Positions 27,110 to 37,728 are shown, counted from the first letter of the stretch. The stretch is 64,000 bases of DNA from Myxococcota bacterium (GCA_039194325.1 JBCCWC010000002.1:190191-254190), one strand, 5' to 3'. Made by a program: numbers and translations. Notes: generated by a model not told the origin, from the sequence alone.

Positions 27110-28915
27110 ATGAGGACCAAGGGTATTGTCACCACATTCTCGGCGCTGCTCGCCGGGACTCTCTCGACCCTGGCGATGGCGTCCGAGCCGGCGGCCGAAG
27201 GCAACGCCTCTGGTTCGGTCTCGGTGGGTACCAAGGGCGCAGCCGCCGGCGGCGAGACGGCCGGCGACGCGACGGGGGACGCCGCCCCCACATCGGAGGC
27301 CACCGAAGGGGAGGCCGGTGCTGAGGGCGCGGCCGACTCGGAGGCCGCCGAGGACGCCGAAGCCGACCGTACCCGCGATCGCGGCGATCAAGAATGGATC
27401 AAGCGCTGGGCTCCCGAGCGCAACATGGCCGAGATCGGGGTCTACGGCGGCGTGCTCGTCCCTTCACGCCGACTCGAGCTGTTCGAGCCCGATCCCGACC
27501 TCGGCTCGCTACAGGGCTTCAAAGAGTTCAACTCGGTCGCACCGTCGTTAGGGGCCCGTCTGGGCTACTACCCGATCCGCTTCTTCGGGATCGAGGGCGA
27601 GGCGGGCGTGATGCCCACGCGCACGTCTGACGACCTGTCGGCCACGCTGTGGGGCATGCGCCTGAGCCTGGTAGGGCAGCTGGGGCTGTGGAGCGTGACC
27701 CCCTTCGTGCTGGTCGGCGCCGGCATGCTCAACGTGTCCAGCGATCGCCCCGCGGTAGGCAACGACATCGACGCGTCGGTCCACTTCGGCGGTGGCGTCA
27801 AGTTCTTCCTCACGCGCTACACCATGCTGCGCCTCGACGTGCGCGATCACATCACCGCGGCGCGAGGGGTCGACAACGGCGTGATCCACAACGTCGAGGC
27901 CCTGCTGGGGTTCTCGGTCACCCTGGGCCGCAAGAAGGCCGAGCCGCCCAAGCCGATCCCCGACACGGACGGGGACGGGATCCTCGACCCCGATGACGAG
28001 TGCCCCACGGTCCCCGGCGTGCCCGAGTACAACGGGTGCCCGATCCCCGACACGGACGGGGACGGGATCCTCGATCCCGACGACGAGTGCCCTGAGACCC
28101 CCGGCCTCGAGGAGTTCAACGGGTGCCCCGACACGGACGGGGACGGGATCCGCGACCTCGACGACGAGTGCCCGGAGGAGCCGGGCGTGCCCGAGTACTT
28201 CGGGTGCCCGATCCCCGACACGGACGAGGACGGCTTCCTCGATCCCGACGACAAGTGCCCCCTGCAGCCCGAGAACAAGAACGGCTACCAAGACGAGGAC
28301 GGCTGCTGCGATGTGATCCCCAAGGAGGTCAAGCGCTTCACCGGCGTGATCCGCGGGATCTACTTCCAGACCAACAAGGCCAAGATCCGAAAGAAGAGCG
28401 AGCGGGTCCTGCGGGAGGCGCTCAAGGTCTTCCGCGACTATCCCGACTTCAACGTGGAGATCATCGGCCACACCGATAGCCGGGGTCGCCGCGAGTACAA
28501 CCTCGACCTGTCGGATCGGCGGGCCGCCTCGGTGCGGCAGTGGATGGTCGACCGAGAGATCGCACCCACGCGGATCATCACCCGCGGGGCCGGACCCGAT
28601 GAGCCCCTCGCGCCCAACAACTCCCGGCGCGGCCGCGCCAAGAACCGGCGGATCGAGTTCAAGCTCCAGGGGATGCCGAACATCACGCCCGACACGCCGG
28701 ACGACGTCTGCGAAGAGCCCTCCGAAGAGATCAAGGCCAAGGCCGACCGATGGAACCAGATCCGGCTCAAGAGGGAGGCCGCCGCGGCCGGCGGATCGGC
28801 GACGGGCACCTCGGCGACGGGCACCTCGGCGACGGGCACCTCGGACGCATCGGGCACCACGCCCGCGGACAAGGCGCCCACCAAGCCCAACACCCCGCCC
28901 GTGCGACCGAAGTAG
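27110..28915 (+). CDS. OmpA-family protein: beta-barrel + thrombospondin type 3 repeats + OmpA C-terminal domain (TraB/OprF-like), paralog 1
   Basis: Signal peptide; amphipathic strands; DTDGDGILDPDDECP repeats; GHTDSRG..YNLDLSDRRA..RAKNRRIEF. Confidence 0.92.
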   Translation: MRTKGIVTTFSALLAGTLSTLAMASEPAAEGNASGSVSVGTKGAAAGGETAGDATGDAAPTSEATEGEAGAEGAADSEAAEDAEADRTRDRGDQEWIKRWAPERNMAEIGVYGGVLVPSRRLELFEPDPDLGSLQGFKEFNSVAPSLGARLGYYPIRFFGIEGEAGVMPTRTSDDLSATLWGMRLSLVGQLGLWSVTPFVLVGAGMLNVSSDRPAVGNDIDASVHFGGGVKFFLTRYTMLRLDVRDHITAARGVDNGVIHNVEALLGFSVTLGRKKAEPPKPIPDTDGDGILDPDDECPTVPGVPEYNGCPIPDTDGDGILDPDDECPETPGLEEFNGCPDTDGDGIRDLDDECPEEPGVPEYFGCPIPDTDEDGFLDPDDKCPLQPENKNGYQDEDGCCDVIPKEVKRFTGVIRGIYFQTNKAKIRKKSERVLREALKVFRDYPDFNVEIIGHTDSRGRREYNLDLSDRRAASVRQWMVDREIAPTRIITRGAGPDEPLAPNNSRRGRAKNRRIEFKLQGMPNITPDTPDDVCEEPSEEIKAKADRWNQIRLKREAAAAGGSATGTSATGTSATGTSDASGTTPADKAPTKPNTPPVRPK

Positions 28916-28937
28916 GCCGCAAGGCGCGATGAACGAC

Positions 28938-28973
28938 GAGACGAGCGGGCCGGTCCCGCTCGTCTCTTCGTTT
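28938..28973 (+). terminator. Terminator hairpin between convergent genes
   Basis: GAGACGAGCGGG-CCGGT-CCCGCTCGTCTC (12-bp stem) + TTCGTTT. Confidence 0.75.
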
Positions 28974-29022
28974 CGAATGCAGGATCTAGCGCCAGGCAGC
29001 GAGCCGGCACCAAGGCCCGCCC

Positions 29023-31977
29023 TCACCCCGGTCGAGCGCGCAGCTTGTTGGCGCTGGCGAGCACGCGCTTGCCGGCGCCGGTGGCCCCGCCCGAGTGCCC
29101 CTCAATAAGCCCCTGCGCCAGCGCAGCGCGGGCCTCACGGTTGTCGGTGCACAGCTTGAGATACGCCGCCGCGCGTCGAGCGACCGCCTCATCATCGAGA
29201 TCGATCGTCTGCTCGCTCCCCCGCGGGGCCCCCCGCAGGCGGGCGAGCAAGCGGTCGACGACGAAGGGCGCGGGCATGTGGACCAGCGGGGCCGCCAGCG
29301 CGGAGCGCCGGGCGAGGTTGGGATCGGCGTCGAGCATCGAGGCGATCGGATCGAGCGCGAGCACCCCAAAGCGCAGCCAGGCATCGGCGATCACGCTGGC
29401 CGTAAAGCCTTCGAGGTAGAGCTCGGTCATCGTGGGCAGCGCCCGGCTGTCGCCCAGGTGGCCCAGGGCTCGACACGCGGTGTGGGCCATCGACTTGTCC
29501 TTGGGGCCCCGGCGGCGCACCGCGAGCAGCAGCTCCTCGAGGATCTGGGCGTCGCCGAGCATCGCGAGGCTGAGCGCGGCCTGCTCGCGGACCTTCTGCG
29601 CGCGATCGGTGCGAAACAGGGCGCGCAGCTCGGGGATCGCCTCGGTCGCTCCGAGCTCGGCCAGCGCCTCGCAGCCCAGCGCCCGACGCTCGGCCTCCTT
29701 GTCGGAGCGGGCCTGCGACAGCAGCGGACCCAGCTTGTACTCGAGGTGGTCGCGGCGCGCCTCGGCCAGGGGGCTGAGCCGAGGGCGATCCTTTTGCAGC
29801 ACGAGCAGCGCGTCGTCGGCCATGTGCACCACCCGCTGCCCGAAGCGCTTGCCCGCCTTGCGATGGCGCCCCGAGTACGACTTGAGCAGCAGCTCCGCCT
29901 CGGGGCTGCCCGTGCGCCCCAGCAGGCGAAAGGCCGTGCGCAGCGCGATCATCCCCATGGGCAGCGCCAGGATCGACTCGGCCACCGCCACCGCCAGCTC
30001 GGGCCGCGGGGCGATCGCGTCGATCACATAGGGCGCGGCCGCGCCGTCGGCCAGCACCAAGTGATCGTGGCCGATCTGCTCGGGCGTCAGCGCGCGGTAG
30101 TAGCGGTGGTAGTGCACCGCCGCTTCATAGCGGGTCAGCGTGCCGGCCAGCCTCGCCGTCATCGCCTCGCTGGGCGTCCGCTGCCCCCCGGGCTCGGGGA
30201 TGTAGATGCTGCCGTGGGTGGGCACCGGCACCAGGCCCTGCCGGTCCAGCGGGGCGGCCCCGGTCAGCTTGACCATCGCCACCTCGAGCACCGAAAAGAG
30301 CTTGATGAAGCCGCCCACGCGAGACGCGGGATCGGGCTGGGCGACCAATCGATCCAGTCGCTCGGCCAGCGAGCCCAGCGCTAGCGTGCGCAGGCGCTCG
30401 GTCAGCGACTCGGTGGCTCGCCGGTCGAGGCCGGTCAGCCCTCCCACCAACAGCCCCGCCAGCGCCTCACGCACCTCGCCCACGCTCACCGCCGCGTACG
30501 ACAGCCCCGTTTGCCGCGCCACATCGGCCCAAGCGCGAGGCTCGGTCGCCGCATAGCCCCCGCGCGCCGCCCCCACCGCGCGAAGGGCCGGCCCGCCCGG
30601 CGCCTGCACCAGCAGCCGGGTGGGCCAAAGGGTCGGGATCGCGTGCTCCAGATCGATCTCGCCGAAGATCCCGTGCAGGGTGCAGCCCTCCAGCGCATCA
30701 CCCATGCGCTGCTCCAGCCCGGGCGACGGATGAAGGTGCAAGGTGGCGCCGTCCTCGTCGAACACGAGCAGTCGGCCGCCCTTGGCCACCAACCCCGCGA
30801 CCCGGACGAACGCCGGCATGCGATCGGGCGCGAACACGTCGCGGCGGTGGGCCTGGAAGGCGGCCACCGTCGCGCCGATCGGGGTGGCGTGCGCGCGGGC
30901 GCGCTGCAGATCGGCGGCCGTCACCGGTCGGCGGCGGTCGTGTTCTTCGAGGTGGATCCGCCACGGGGCAAAGCCGGGATAGAGCCCTCCGCGAACGCCG
31001 TCGAGCACCTTGCCCGCGTGGCTGGGCTTGGGGTCGGTGCGCTTGGCGATGTGATCGGGGAGGATCTGCAGCTCCATATAGTGCTCGCCCGACTTCAGGT
31101 CGATGAAGCGACTGGCGCAGATCCGGTGCTTCTTGTTGTTGGTGCGCGTATCGTAGGCGTACTCGAGCAGCTCCAAGCCCTCGACCGGCTTGCGATCCTT
31201 CTTGGTCCAGGTCTTGCCAACGAGCTCGGTGATGTAGCGATCCTCCAGGGTCTTGCCGTCGCAGTGCGCCTTGATCCGGACCGCGGTCAGCAGCATGTTG
31301 GCCAGGGTGGAGGCCACGCGCACCGGGTGGGACGCGGCGTCGTCACGGCTGAGCAGGCGGGCCAGGCCCAGGGTGCGCTCTTCGAGTCGCCGCAGCTGGA
31401 GCTGAAAGAGGGTGGCGGCCAGCTCTTGCAGCTGGTCCACCCGCTGCTGGGAGGTGGCGCCCACCCCGATGACCGCCAGCTCGCGCACGAGCGTGTCGAC
31501 ACGCTCGGCCCCTTGTTTCTTGAGCGCGTTGCCGTCGACCTTGGGGGCGCTCGCCTTCTTCTTGCTGCGCTTTTTGGGCGCGCTGCCGTTCTTGCCGCCG
31601 TTCTTGCCGTCGTCTTTCGCAGCGCGAGCGGTCTTGGCCTCTTCCTCGGCGGGGGTCTCCGAGACGGCGAAGGCATCCGGGGTCTTGCTCCACGCGATCA
31701 GCAGGGCGGTCGCGTGCTTGCAAAAATCGCGGGTCCACGCGGCACGACAGGTGCAGTTGGCCCGGCGCCCGCGCTTGCCGAGCACCTTGCCCTGGTCGTC
31801 GAAGGTGATCGAGGTCTGGTAGCTCGCTCCCCGCGAGCCGGCCGCCTTGGCGTAGAGCTTCTTTTCGGTCTGGGCGAGGTGCTCGAGCTTGCCCTGGTCG
31901 AGGATCGTCTGGCCCTTGGCGAACTCGCTACCCGTCAGCGATCTCACTTCCGATATCGAGAGCTTGCGAACCGCCAC
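29023..31977 (-). CDS. SWIM zinc-finger + HEAT-repeat protein
   Basis: CTC-x7-CKH SWIM motif; HEAT repeats (ALAELGATEAIPEL, ALGHLGDSRALP); likely GTG start at 31977. Confidence 0.88.
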   Translation of the reverse strand: MAVRKLSISEVRSLTGSEFAKGQTILDQGKLEHLAQTEKKLYAKAAGSRGASYQTSITFDDQGKVLGKRGRRANCTCRAAWTRDFCKHATALLIAWSKTPDAFAVSETPAEEEAKTARAAKDDGKNGGKNGSAPKKRSKKKASAPKVDGNALKKQGAERVDTLVRELAVIGVGATSQQRVDQLQELAATLFQLQLRRLEERTLGLARLLSRDDAASHPVRVASTLANMLLTAVRIKAHCDGKTLEDRYITELVGKTWTKKDRKPVEGLELLEYAYDTRTNNKKHRICASRFIDLKSGEHYMELQILPDHIAKRTDPKPSHAGKVLDGVRGGLYPGFAPWRIHLEEHDRRRPVTAADLQRARAHATPIGATVAAFQAHRRDVFAPDRMPAFVRVAGLVAKGGRLLVFDEDGATLHLHPSPGLEQRMGDALEGCTLHGIFGEIDLEHAIPTLWPTRLLVQAPGGPALRAVGAARGGYAATEPRAWADVARQTGLSYAAVSVGEVREALAGLLVGGLTGLDRRATESLTERLRTLALGSLAERLDRLVAQPDPASRVGGFIKLFSVLEVAMVKLTGAAPLDRQGLVPVPTHGSIYIPEPGGQRTPSEAMTARLAGTLTRYEAAVHYHRYYRALTPEQIGHDHLVLADGAAAPYVIDAIAPRPELAVAVAESILALPMGMIALRTAFRLLGRTGSPEAELLLKSYSGRHRKAGKRFGQRVVHMADDALLVLQKDRPRLSPLAEARRDHLEYKLGPLLSQARSDKEAERRALGCEALAELGATEAIPELRALFRTDRAQKVREQAALSLAMLGDAQILEELLLAVRRRGPKDKSMAHTACRALGHLGDSRALPTMTELYLEGFTASVIADAWLRFGVLALDPIASMLDADPNLARRSALAAPLVHMPAPFVVDRLLARLRGAPRGSEQTIDLDDEAVARRAAAYLKLCTDNREARAALAQGLIEGHSGGATGAGKRVLASANKLRARPG

Positions 31978-32022
31978 GGCACCCTCTGACGCTGAGGGTA
32001 CCTTCGCCTCGCTGAGGAGGCC

Positions 32023-32136
32023 GGTCAACCGGCAAGGTCAACCGGCAAGGTCAATCGGCAAGGTCAACCGGCAAGGTCAATCGGCAAGGTCAATCGGCAA
32101 GGTCAATCGGCAAGGTCAATCGGCAAGGTCAACCGG
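32023..32136. repeat. 13-bp tandem repeat GGTCAAYCGGCAA, 8 full copies + 1 partial
   Basis: Directly visible; the last copy contains the Uma2 stop codon. Confidence 0.95.
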
Positions 32137-32941
32137 GGTGGGCGTCGAGCAGCTCGGACACGCTCGCACAGGTGGCGACGACGGCAAGCCAGCGTGCGAT
32201 CGTGGCTGGATCGGTGGTGGCCACGATGGTCTTCCGCTGGGCGTCGGTCGGGGGCAGGCCGCGGGCCACGAGCACGGCGATGATGGCCTCGGCCTTGCCT
32301 GCGGTGCGGACGCCGTCCAGCTGCGCGGTGAGGACCCGGTTGCGCTTGGCCAGCAGGGCTCGGGCCACGGCGTCGTCGGTGGAGACGTTATGCACCAGGT
32401 CTCGGACCGGGAGCGGCATCACCAGCGTGGGGTCGTCGATGGCGGACTCGGGATCCATGGGCTCCCACTCGTCACTGTCCGCGGACCACTCGAGCCCATG
32501 CTCCTTGTTGACGTCGATGGCGAAGACCCGCCGAACACCCCGTGCGATCAGCTCGCGAGCCTTTGCGCCCGCATGGTTGGGGGTCTCGGTGTTCATCACC
32601 TCGAACGCCAGCGCTTCGAGCTGACGACCCCCGGTCTCGGGATCGCGGGCGATCGGGTAGATGCAAGCGTCGGGAGCGAAGTCGGACTTCTCGGACGCTC
32701 GAGTGAGCATGTCACAGGCTGCGGTGTACTCCTCGACCACATAGGCTTCGAGCAACACCAACAGCTTGGAGTGACGATTACCATGTGGTTCGTAGCATGG
32801 GGTCACCTCGACCAATACTCCATCGATGAGCTCGTAGCCGGTATCGGCCGCGATGAGCCGATCATCCACCGCCGGGAACTTGCGCGTGGCCAGGCCGGGC
32901 CTCGAGCGCCCTACATCGAGCAATGGGTGTCGGGCGGTCAT
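32129..32941 (-). CDS. Uma2/DUF820 PD-(D/E)XK endonuclease family protein
   Basis: YELIDG, H, FAPD, LAFEV, KARELIARGVRRVFAID; C-terminal ARGL...IARWL tail. Confidence 0.88.
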   Translation of the reverse strand: MTARHPLLDVGRSRPGLATRKFPAVDDRLIAADTGYELIDGVLVEVTPCYEPHGNRHSKLLVLLEAYVVEEYTAACDMLTRASEKSDFAPDACIYPIARDPETGGRQLEALAFEVMNTETPNHAGAKARELIARGVRRVFAIDVNKEHGLEWSADSDEWEPMDPESAIDDPTLVMPLPVRDLVHNVSTDDAVARALLAKRNRVLTAQLDGVRTAGKAEAIIAVLVARGLPPTDAQRKTIVATTDPATIARWLAVVATCASVSELLDAHPG

Positions 32942-32974
32942 CGATCGCCAGGTTAGCACGTACACCTCGCCCGA

Positions 32975-34183
32975 TCATTGATGGCGCGAGGTGTCCAAGA
33001 ACGCCTTCAGATCGCCGCCTCCCAGCACCTTCTCCATCACCGCGACCAGCTTGTTCGGCGTGCAGCCAAAGCAGGGGATCCCCAGGTTGGTGAGCGTCTT
33101 GGCCAGGCCATGGTCGTAGCTGGGATGTCCGGTGTCCGACAGCGCCAGCAGCACGAGCACCTTGACGCGGCTGCCCACCAGCTTTCGCATGCGGGCCACC
33201 AGCTGGCGCGCGTCGCCGCCCTCGTACAGATCGGTGATGAGGATGAACAGGGTCTTGTCGGGGCGCTCGATGAAGTGCTCTTGTCCGTAGGCCACCGCGC
33301 GGTTGATGTCGGTGCCGCCACCGAGCTGGGCGGTGAACAGCACCTCCACCGGATCGTCGAGCACCGGCGTCATGTCGACCACCTCGGTGTCGAACATCAG
33401 CAGCCGGGTTCGCAGCACGTCGAGCGACGCGAAGATCGCCGCCATCACCGAGCTGTAGACCACGCTTTGTGCCATCGAGCCGCTCTGATCCACCAACAGG
33501 GCCACGTCCCACTCGGCGCGCCGCCGCTGGTTGGCCCAAAAATAGAACCGCTCCGGCACCAGGCGCCGCCGCTGCGCGTCCCAGCCTCGCAGGTTGCGGG
33601 CGATCGTCCGCTTCCAGTCGAGGTTGCGCATGATCTTCATCGGGCTGCTCCGGTCGCGGCGCAGGGCCCCGTGGATCGCCGTGCGCACCTCCGACTCGAG
33701 CTTCTTGCGCAGCTGCTCGACCACCTCGTGCACGATCTGGCGAGCCATGGCCTTGGCCTTGTCCGGCACCATCCCCTTGGCGCTGACCAGCGTGGCCACC
33801 AGCTCTACGTTGCGGTCGAGCAGGGCCAGGGTCTCGGGCTCGAACAGCAGCTGTTGCATGTTCTTGCGCTCGATGGCGTCCTTTTGCACCAACGCCACCA
33901 CCTCCTGCCCGAAGAACTCGCGCAGGTTGGCCAGCCAGGTGGGGATGTAGGGGCGCGAGGGCCCGCTGCCTCCTTGTCGCCCTTGGCCGTAGACCAAGCC
34001 CATGGCCTCGTCGAGGTCGTCAAGGCGCTCGGCCGCCAGGCCCACCGCCTCGCCGGCGACCCCACCAAGGCCCCCCAGTCCGCAGGCGCTCGCCGCTTTT
34101 TCGGCCTCCGGACCCAGCGCGAGCCGCCATCGCAAGAGCGACCGACGATCCTCGGGGGATAGATCCTCAGGGTCGAAGTCCAT
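32975..34183 (-). CDS. vWA (CoxE/YehP-like) protein
   Basis: RWRLALG, LDWKRTIARNL, LVDQSGSMAQSVVYSSV, QLGGGTDI, ITDLYEGG. Confidence 0.92.
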   Translation of the reverse strand: MDFDPEDLSPEDRRSLLRWRLALGPEAEKAASACGLGGLGGVAGEAVGLAAERLDDLDEAMGLVYGQGRQGGSGPSRPYIPTWLANLREFFGQEVVALVQKDAIERKNMQQLLFEPETLALLDRNVELVATLVSAKGMVPDKAKAMARQIVHEVVEQLRKKLESEVRTAIHGALRRDRSSPMKIMRNLDWKRTIARNLRGWDAQRRRLVPERFYFWANQRRRAEWDVALLVDQSGSMAQSVVYSSVMAAIFASLDVLRTRLLMFDTEVVDMTPVLDDPVEVLFTAQLGGGTDINRAVAYGQEHFIERPDKTLFILITDLYEGGDARQLVARMRKLVGSRVKVLVLLALSDTGHPSYDHGLAKTLTNLGIPCFGCTPNKLVAVMEKVLGGGDLKAFLDTSRHQ

Positions 34184-34227
34184 CGTCGACCCATTGATAG
34201 CCAAGCTTGTGACCGTGCGTCCACAAA

Positions 34228-34332
34228 GAGCGGTCCGGCGAGGAAGGGAGCGCCTGACGGGGACGAGCGGTCCGGCGAGGAAGGGAGCGCCTGACGGGGA
34301 CGAGCGGTCCGACGAGGAAGGGAGCGCCTGAC
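34228..34332. repeat. 37-bp tandem repeat, about 2.8 copies
   Basis: GAGCGGTCCGGCGAGGAAGGGAGCGCCTGACGGGGAC at 34228, 34265, 34302; no spacers. Confidence 0.9.
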
Positions 34333-34682
34333 GAGCAAGGGGTGCCCTGACGAGGGACGATATCGACCCAGAGTGCGGACGCGCTTGGATCGGACGCTGC
34401 GGAGCGCTAGACCTCCTTTTGTCTCTCCAAGGCGTCATGGGGTTTCATGGGCAACGAAGGCGCGGACTCACGATAACCGTCCGGGCATAGGACACCTGCC
34501 CGCGCCATTGACCCGAGCCATTGGCCCGCATCGCCAGCCTGCACTAAAGATCCGCGCCGCCGGTCTGCGGTCTGCGCCGGGTTCAGCGCGGTCGCGCCAA
34601 GTTCGCGAGTGATTCCGATCTTTGATGAGCACGCGCAGAGTCGGCGAGCAATGGCAGACTTCCCGGGAGCTCCGGGAACGCC

Positions 34683-37600
34683 ATGAGCCAGGTGCACGAC
34701 CTTTCCGATCGCTTCGAAGGAAGCGGGCCGTACGACGAGACGCGCAGCCTCGGGCTGGAGGTGTCGGAGTCCTCGGGTGGTAAGAGCGTGCGTGCGGTCG
34801 ACCAGTCCGATCGGCTCGACTCGTTTGCGCTCGAGTTGTGCAGCCCCGGTCCCGATGATCCGCGGGCCGGTACCGCGCCTGAGCAGCTCGCCGCGGGTGA
34901 GATGATCGGGCGCTTCATGGTGCTCGGCACGCTGGGCCAGGGCGGCATGGGGACCGTCTATGAGGCCTTCGATCGCTCGCTCGACCGTCGGGTCGCGGTC
35001 AAGGTGCTGCGCTCCGACATGGATCCTCGCTACCAGCAGCGGCTGCTTCGCGAGGCGCAGGCGCTGGCGCAGCTGTCTCACCCCAATGTCGTGCAGGTCT
35101 ACGAGGTCGGCGAGTACGAGGGCCAGGGCTTTGTGACCATGGAGCTGGTGCGGGGTCGGACGCTTCGGCAGTGGCGAAAGCAAGAGTCGCCGCCGGGCTG
35201 GCAAGCGTGCGTGGAGGTCTACCTGCAGGCGGGAGCTGGCCTGGCCGCGGCCCACGAGCAGGGCCTGGTCCACTGCGATTTCAAGCCCAGCAACGCCATC
35301 GTGGACGAAGAGGGGCGGGTTCGGGTGCTCGATTTCGGGCTGGTGCGGATCACCAACGACACCAGCCTGGACATGCCTCCCGAGCCCGTGGGCCCGACCC
35401 CCGCGCGGTTCGGGTCTCGGTCGCGGATCTCGGGCAGTCGGTCGACGTCGGATCCGACCCACACCGGCACGGTGATGGGTACGCCCGCCTATATGTCACC
35501 GGAGCAGATGCGGGGGCGACCGGTCGACGCGCGCGGCGATCAGTTCAGCTTCTGTGTTTCGCTCTACGAGGCGGCGTACGGCGAGCGACCCTTCGTGCGC
35601 CGCTCACGGGGTGCTTTGGCGGATGCGAGCGCCGAGGAGCAGGTCGTTCCTGCTCCCCGCAACACCAGCGTGCCGACGGCGTTGCGCGAGATCCTGCTGC
35701 GGGGGCTCGCCCCCGAGCCCAAGCAGCGCTGGCCGTCGATGCAAGCATTGCTCGACGAGCTCCGGCCGTTGGTCGTCCCCCGCCGGCGTGTTCATCTGTT
35801 GGCGCTGAGCGGCGCCCTCGTGCTGGGGCTTGCCCTCGTGGGGGCGGGCTTGGCATATCAAGCCGAGGTCGGTCAGCGCTGCAGCGGCGCCGTTGCTCAG
35901 CTCGATGGAGTCTGGGACGATACTCGCCGTCAGCGGGTCGCCGATGCGATCCTCGGGACCCAGCTGTCGTACGCGTCCGACACCTGGGTGCGGGTCAAGG
36001 CGGGGCTCGACGACTACGCCCAAGCCTGGGCCGACAAGTACACCGAGGTCTGCGAGGCCACCAGCCTGCGCCAGGAGCAGTCGCCCGAGATGATGGACCG
36101 GCGGATGGGCTGCCTTCAGGAGCGACGGGTCGCCTTGCGCGAGGCGGTGGGGGTGCTCTCCGACTCCGATTCCAATCGGGTGGAGCGAGCCGTCTCCTTG
36201 GTGGAGAGCTTGCCCCCGCTGTTGCGCTGTGACGACCTGCATGCGCTGCAGGCCGACGTGCCTCCGCCCGCCGATCCCCAGGTCGCCGAGCGGGTCGAGG
36301 TGCTGCGGGGACGCCTGGCCCAGGTCCGAGCCTTGCGCGAGGCCGGGGTCTACGACGAAGCGCTGGTCGAGGCCGAGGTCGTGGTCGAGCGGGCCGAGGG
36401 GCTGGGGTACGCGCCGCTGCTGGCGGAAGCCTGGTTTTCGCGAGGGGGCGCGCGACGGGAGGTCGCCCAGTACGAGCAGGCCGAGCAAGACCTCGAGCGG
36501 GCGTACTTGCTCGCGGCGGAGCACGAGCACCACGCGCTGGAGGCCAAGGCGGTGCGCGAGCTCATCTTTGTCGTGGGCCACGATCAGGCCAAGCACGAGG
36601 CTGGCTTGCAGTGGGGCAAAGTGGCCCTTGCCCAGGCCCGAGGTTCACGAGCTCAGCCGCTGGACGAGGCATTGGCGCTGAGTGCAGTCGGCGTGGTGCG
36701 ATGGCGCCAGGGCGAGCTGGACCAGGCCCTCGCGCACCTTCGGCCGGCCCTGGAGACCTTCATCGACGTGCTGGGGCCGCGTCACTCTACGGTGGCCTAC
36801 TCGCTTCACAACATCGGCACCGTGCAGTGGAACCAGGGCAAGCCGGACGAGGCGTTGCCTCCGCTGCGGCGGGCGCTGGCGATCCGGGAGGAGACGCTGG
36901 GCCCTCGCCACCCGAGCGTGGCCACGTCACTCACCGCCATCGGCGCGATCCTGCAGGGGCCGCAGAAGCTGGAGCACTTCCGGCGGGCGCTGGCGATCCG
37001 CGAAGAAGCGCTGGGTGCTCGCCACCCCGACGTCGCCACGTCGCTCAACAACATCGGCACCGTGCTCAAGGAGCAGGGGGAGTGGAAGGAGGCCCTCGCT
37101 CACTTCGAACGCGCTTTGGGCATCATGGAGGAAGCCTTGGGTGCTAGCCACCCTCGCGTCGCCTACCCGCTCAACAACATCGGGGAGGTCTTGCGGGCGC
37201 AGCAACGGGGGGACGATGCGCTCCCCTATCTTCGGCGAGCCCTCTCCATATTCGAGCAAGCCCTCGGTTCGGAGCATCCCGATGTTGCGGTGAGCATGAC
37301 CAACCTGGGGAACCTGCTCTACCACCAACAAGCGTACGAAGACGCCGCGCTTCACTACCAACGAGCCCTGAAGATCCTGCAAGAGGTCCTGCCCGCCGAC
37401 CACCCTCATCAGGCGTGGCCGATCCTGGGTCTGGCCAAGGTCGGTCTGGTCCAGGGCCGATTCGAGGAGGCTCGTGAGTATGCCGAGCGGGCGTTGGTGA
37501 TCCGCGACAAGGCTGGCGTGGCCGCCGAGCTGCTCGCCGAGGTCCGCTTCATGCTCGCTCGTGCGCTGTGGAACGAGGGCGGTGAGCGTTTGCGTGCCCG

Positions 37601-37715
37601 GGCGCTCGCCGAGCAAGCACACGACGCTTGGGCCAGCGCTGATGCCGACGACGAGCACACGCGGGAGTACCTCGCGGAAGTCCGGCAGTGGCTGACCCAG
37701 CACCCGGTCTTGTAG
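34683..37715 (+). CDS. Ser/Thr protein kinase with TM and TPR repeats
   Basis: GQGGMG, VAVK, HCDFKPSN, DFG, GTPAYMSPEQ; TM; LGxxHPxVAxSLNNIG repeats. Confidence 0.95.
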   Translation: MSQVHDLSDRFEGSGPYDETRSLGLEVSESSGGKSVRAVDQSDRLDSFALELCSPGPDDPRAGTAPEQLAAGEMIGRFMVLGTLGQGGMGTVYEAFDRSLDRRVAVKVLRSDMDPRYQQRLLREAQALAQLSHPNVVQVYEVGEYEGQGFVTMELVRGRTLRQWRKQESPPGWQACVEVYLQAGAGLAAAHEQGLVHCDFKPSNAIVDEEGRVRVLDFGLVRITNDTSLDMPPEPVGPTPARFGSRSRISGSRSTSDPTHTGTVMGTPAYMSPEQMRGRPVDARGDQFSFCVSLYEAAYGERPFVRRSRGALADASAEEQVVPAPRNTSVPTALREILLRGLAPEPKQRWPSMQALLDELRPLVVPRRRVHLLALSGALVLGLALVGAGLAYQAEVGQRCSGAVAQLDGVWDDTRRQRVADAILGTQLSYASDTWVRVKAGLDDYAQAWADKYTEVCEATSLRQEQSPEMMDRRMGCLQERRVALREAVGVLSDSDSNRVERAVSLVESLPPLLRCDDLHALQADVPPPADPQVAERVEVLRGRLAQVRALREAGVYDEALVEAEVVVERAEGLGYAPLLAEAWFSRGGARREVAQYEQAEQDLERAYLLAAEHEHHALEAKAVRELIFVVGHDQAKHEAGLQWGKVALAQARGSRAQPLDEALALSAVGVVRWRQGELDQALAHLRPALETFIDVLGPRHSTVAYSLHNIGTVQWNQGKPDEALPPLRRALAIREETLGPRHPSVATSLTAIGAILQGPQKLEHFRRALAIREEALGARHPDVATSLNNIGTVLKEQGEWKEALAHFERALGIMEEALGASHPRVAYPLNNIGEVLRAQQRGDDALPYLRRALSIFEQALGSEHPDVAVSMTNLGNLLYHQQAYEDAALHYQRALKILQEVLPADHPHQAWPILGLAKVGLVQGRFEEAREYAERALVIRDKAGVAAELLAEVRFMLARALWNEGGERLRARALAEQAHDAWASADADDEHTREYLAEVRQWLTQHPVL

Positions 37716-37728
37716 TCAGCACGGTCGT

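Noticed and set aside
32023..32136. 13-bp array as CRISPR or plasmid iterons
   Set aside because: No spacers, no rep gene and no AT-rich origin nearby.
34228..34332. 37-bp repeats as a CRISPR array
   Set aside because: Units are head-to-tail with no unique spacers, and there are no cas genes in the window.
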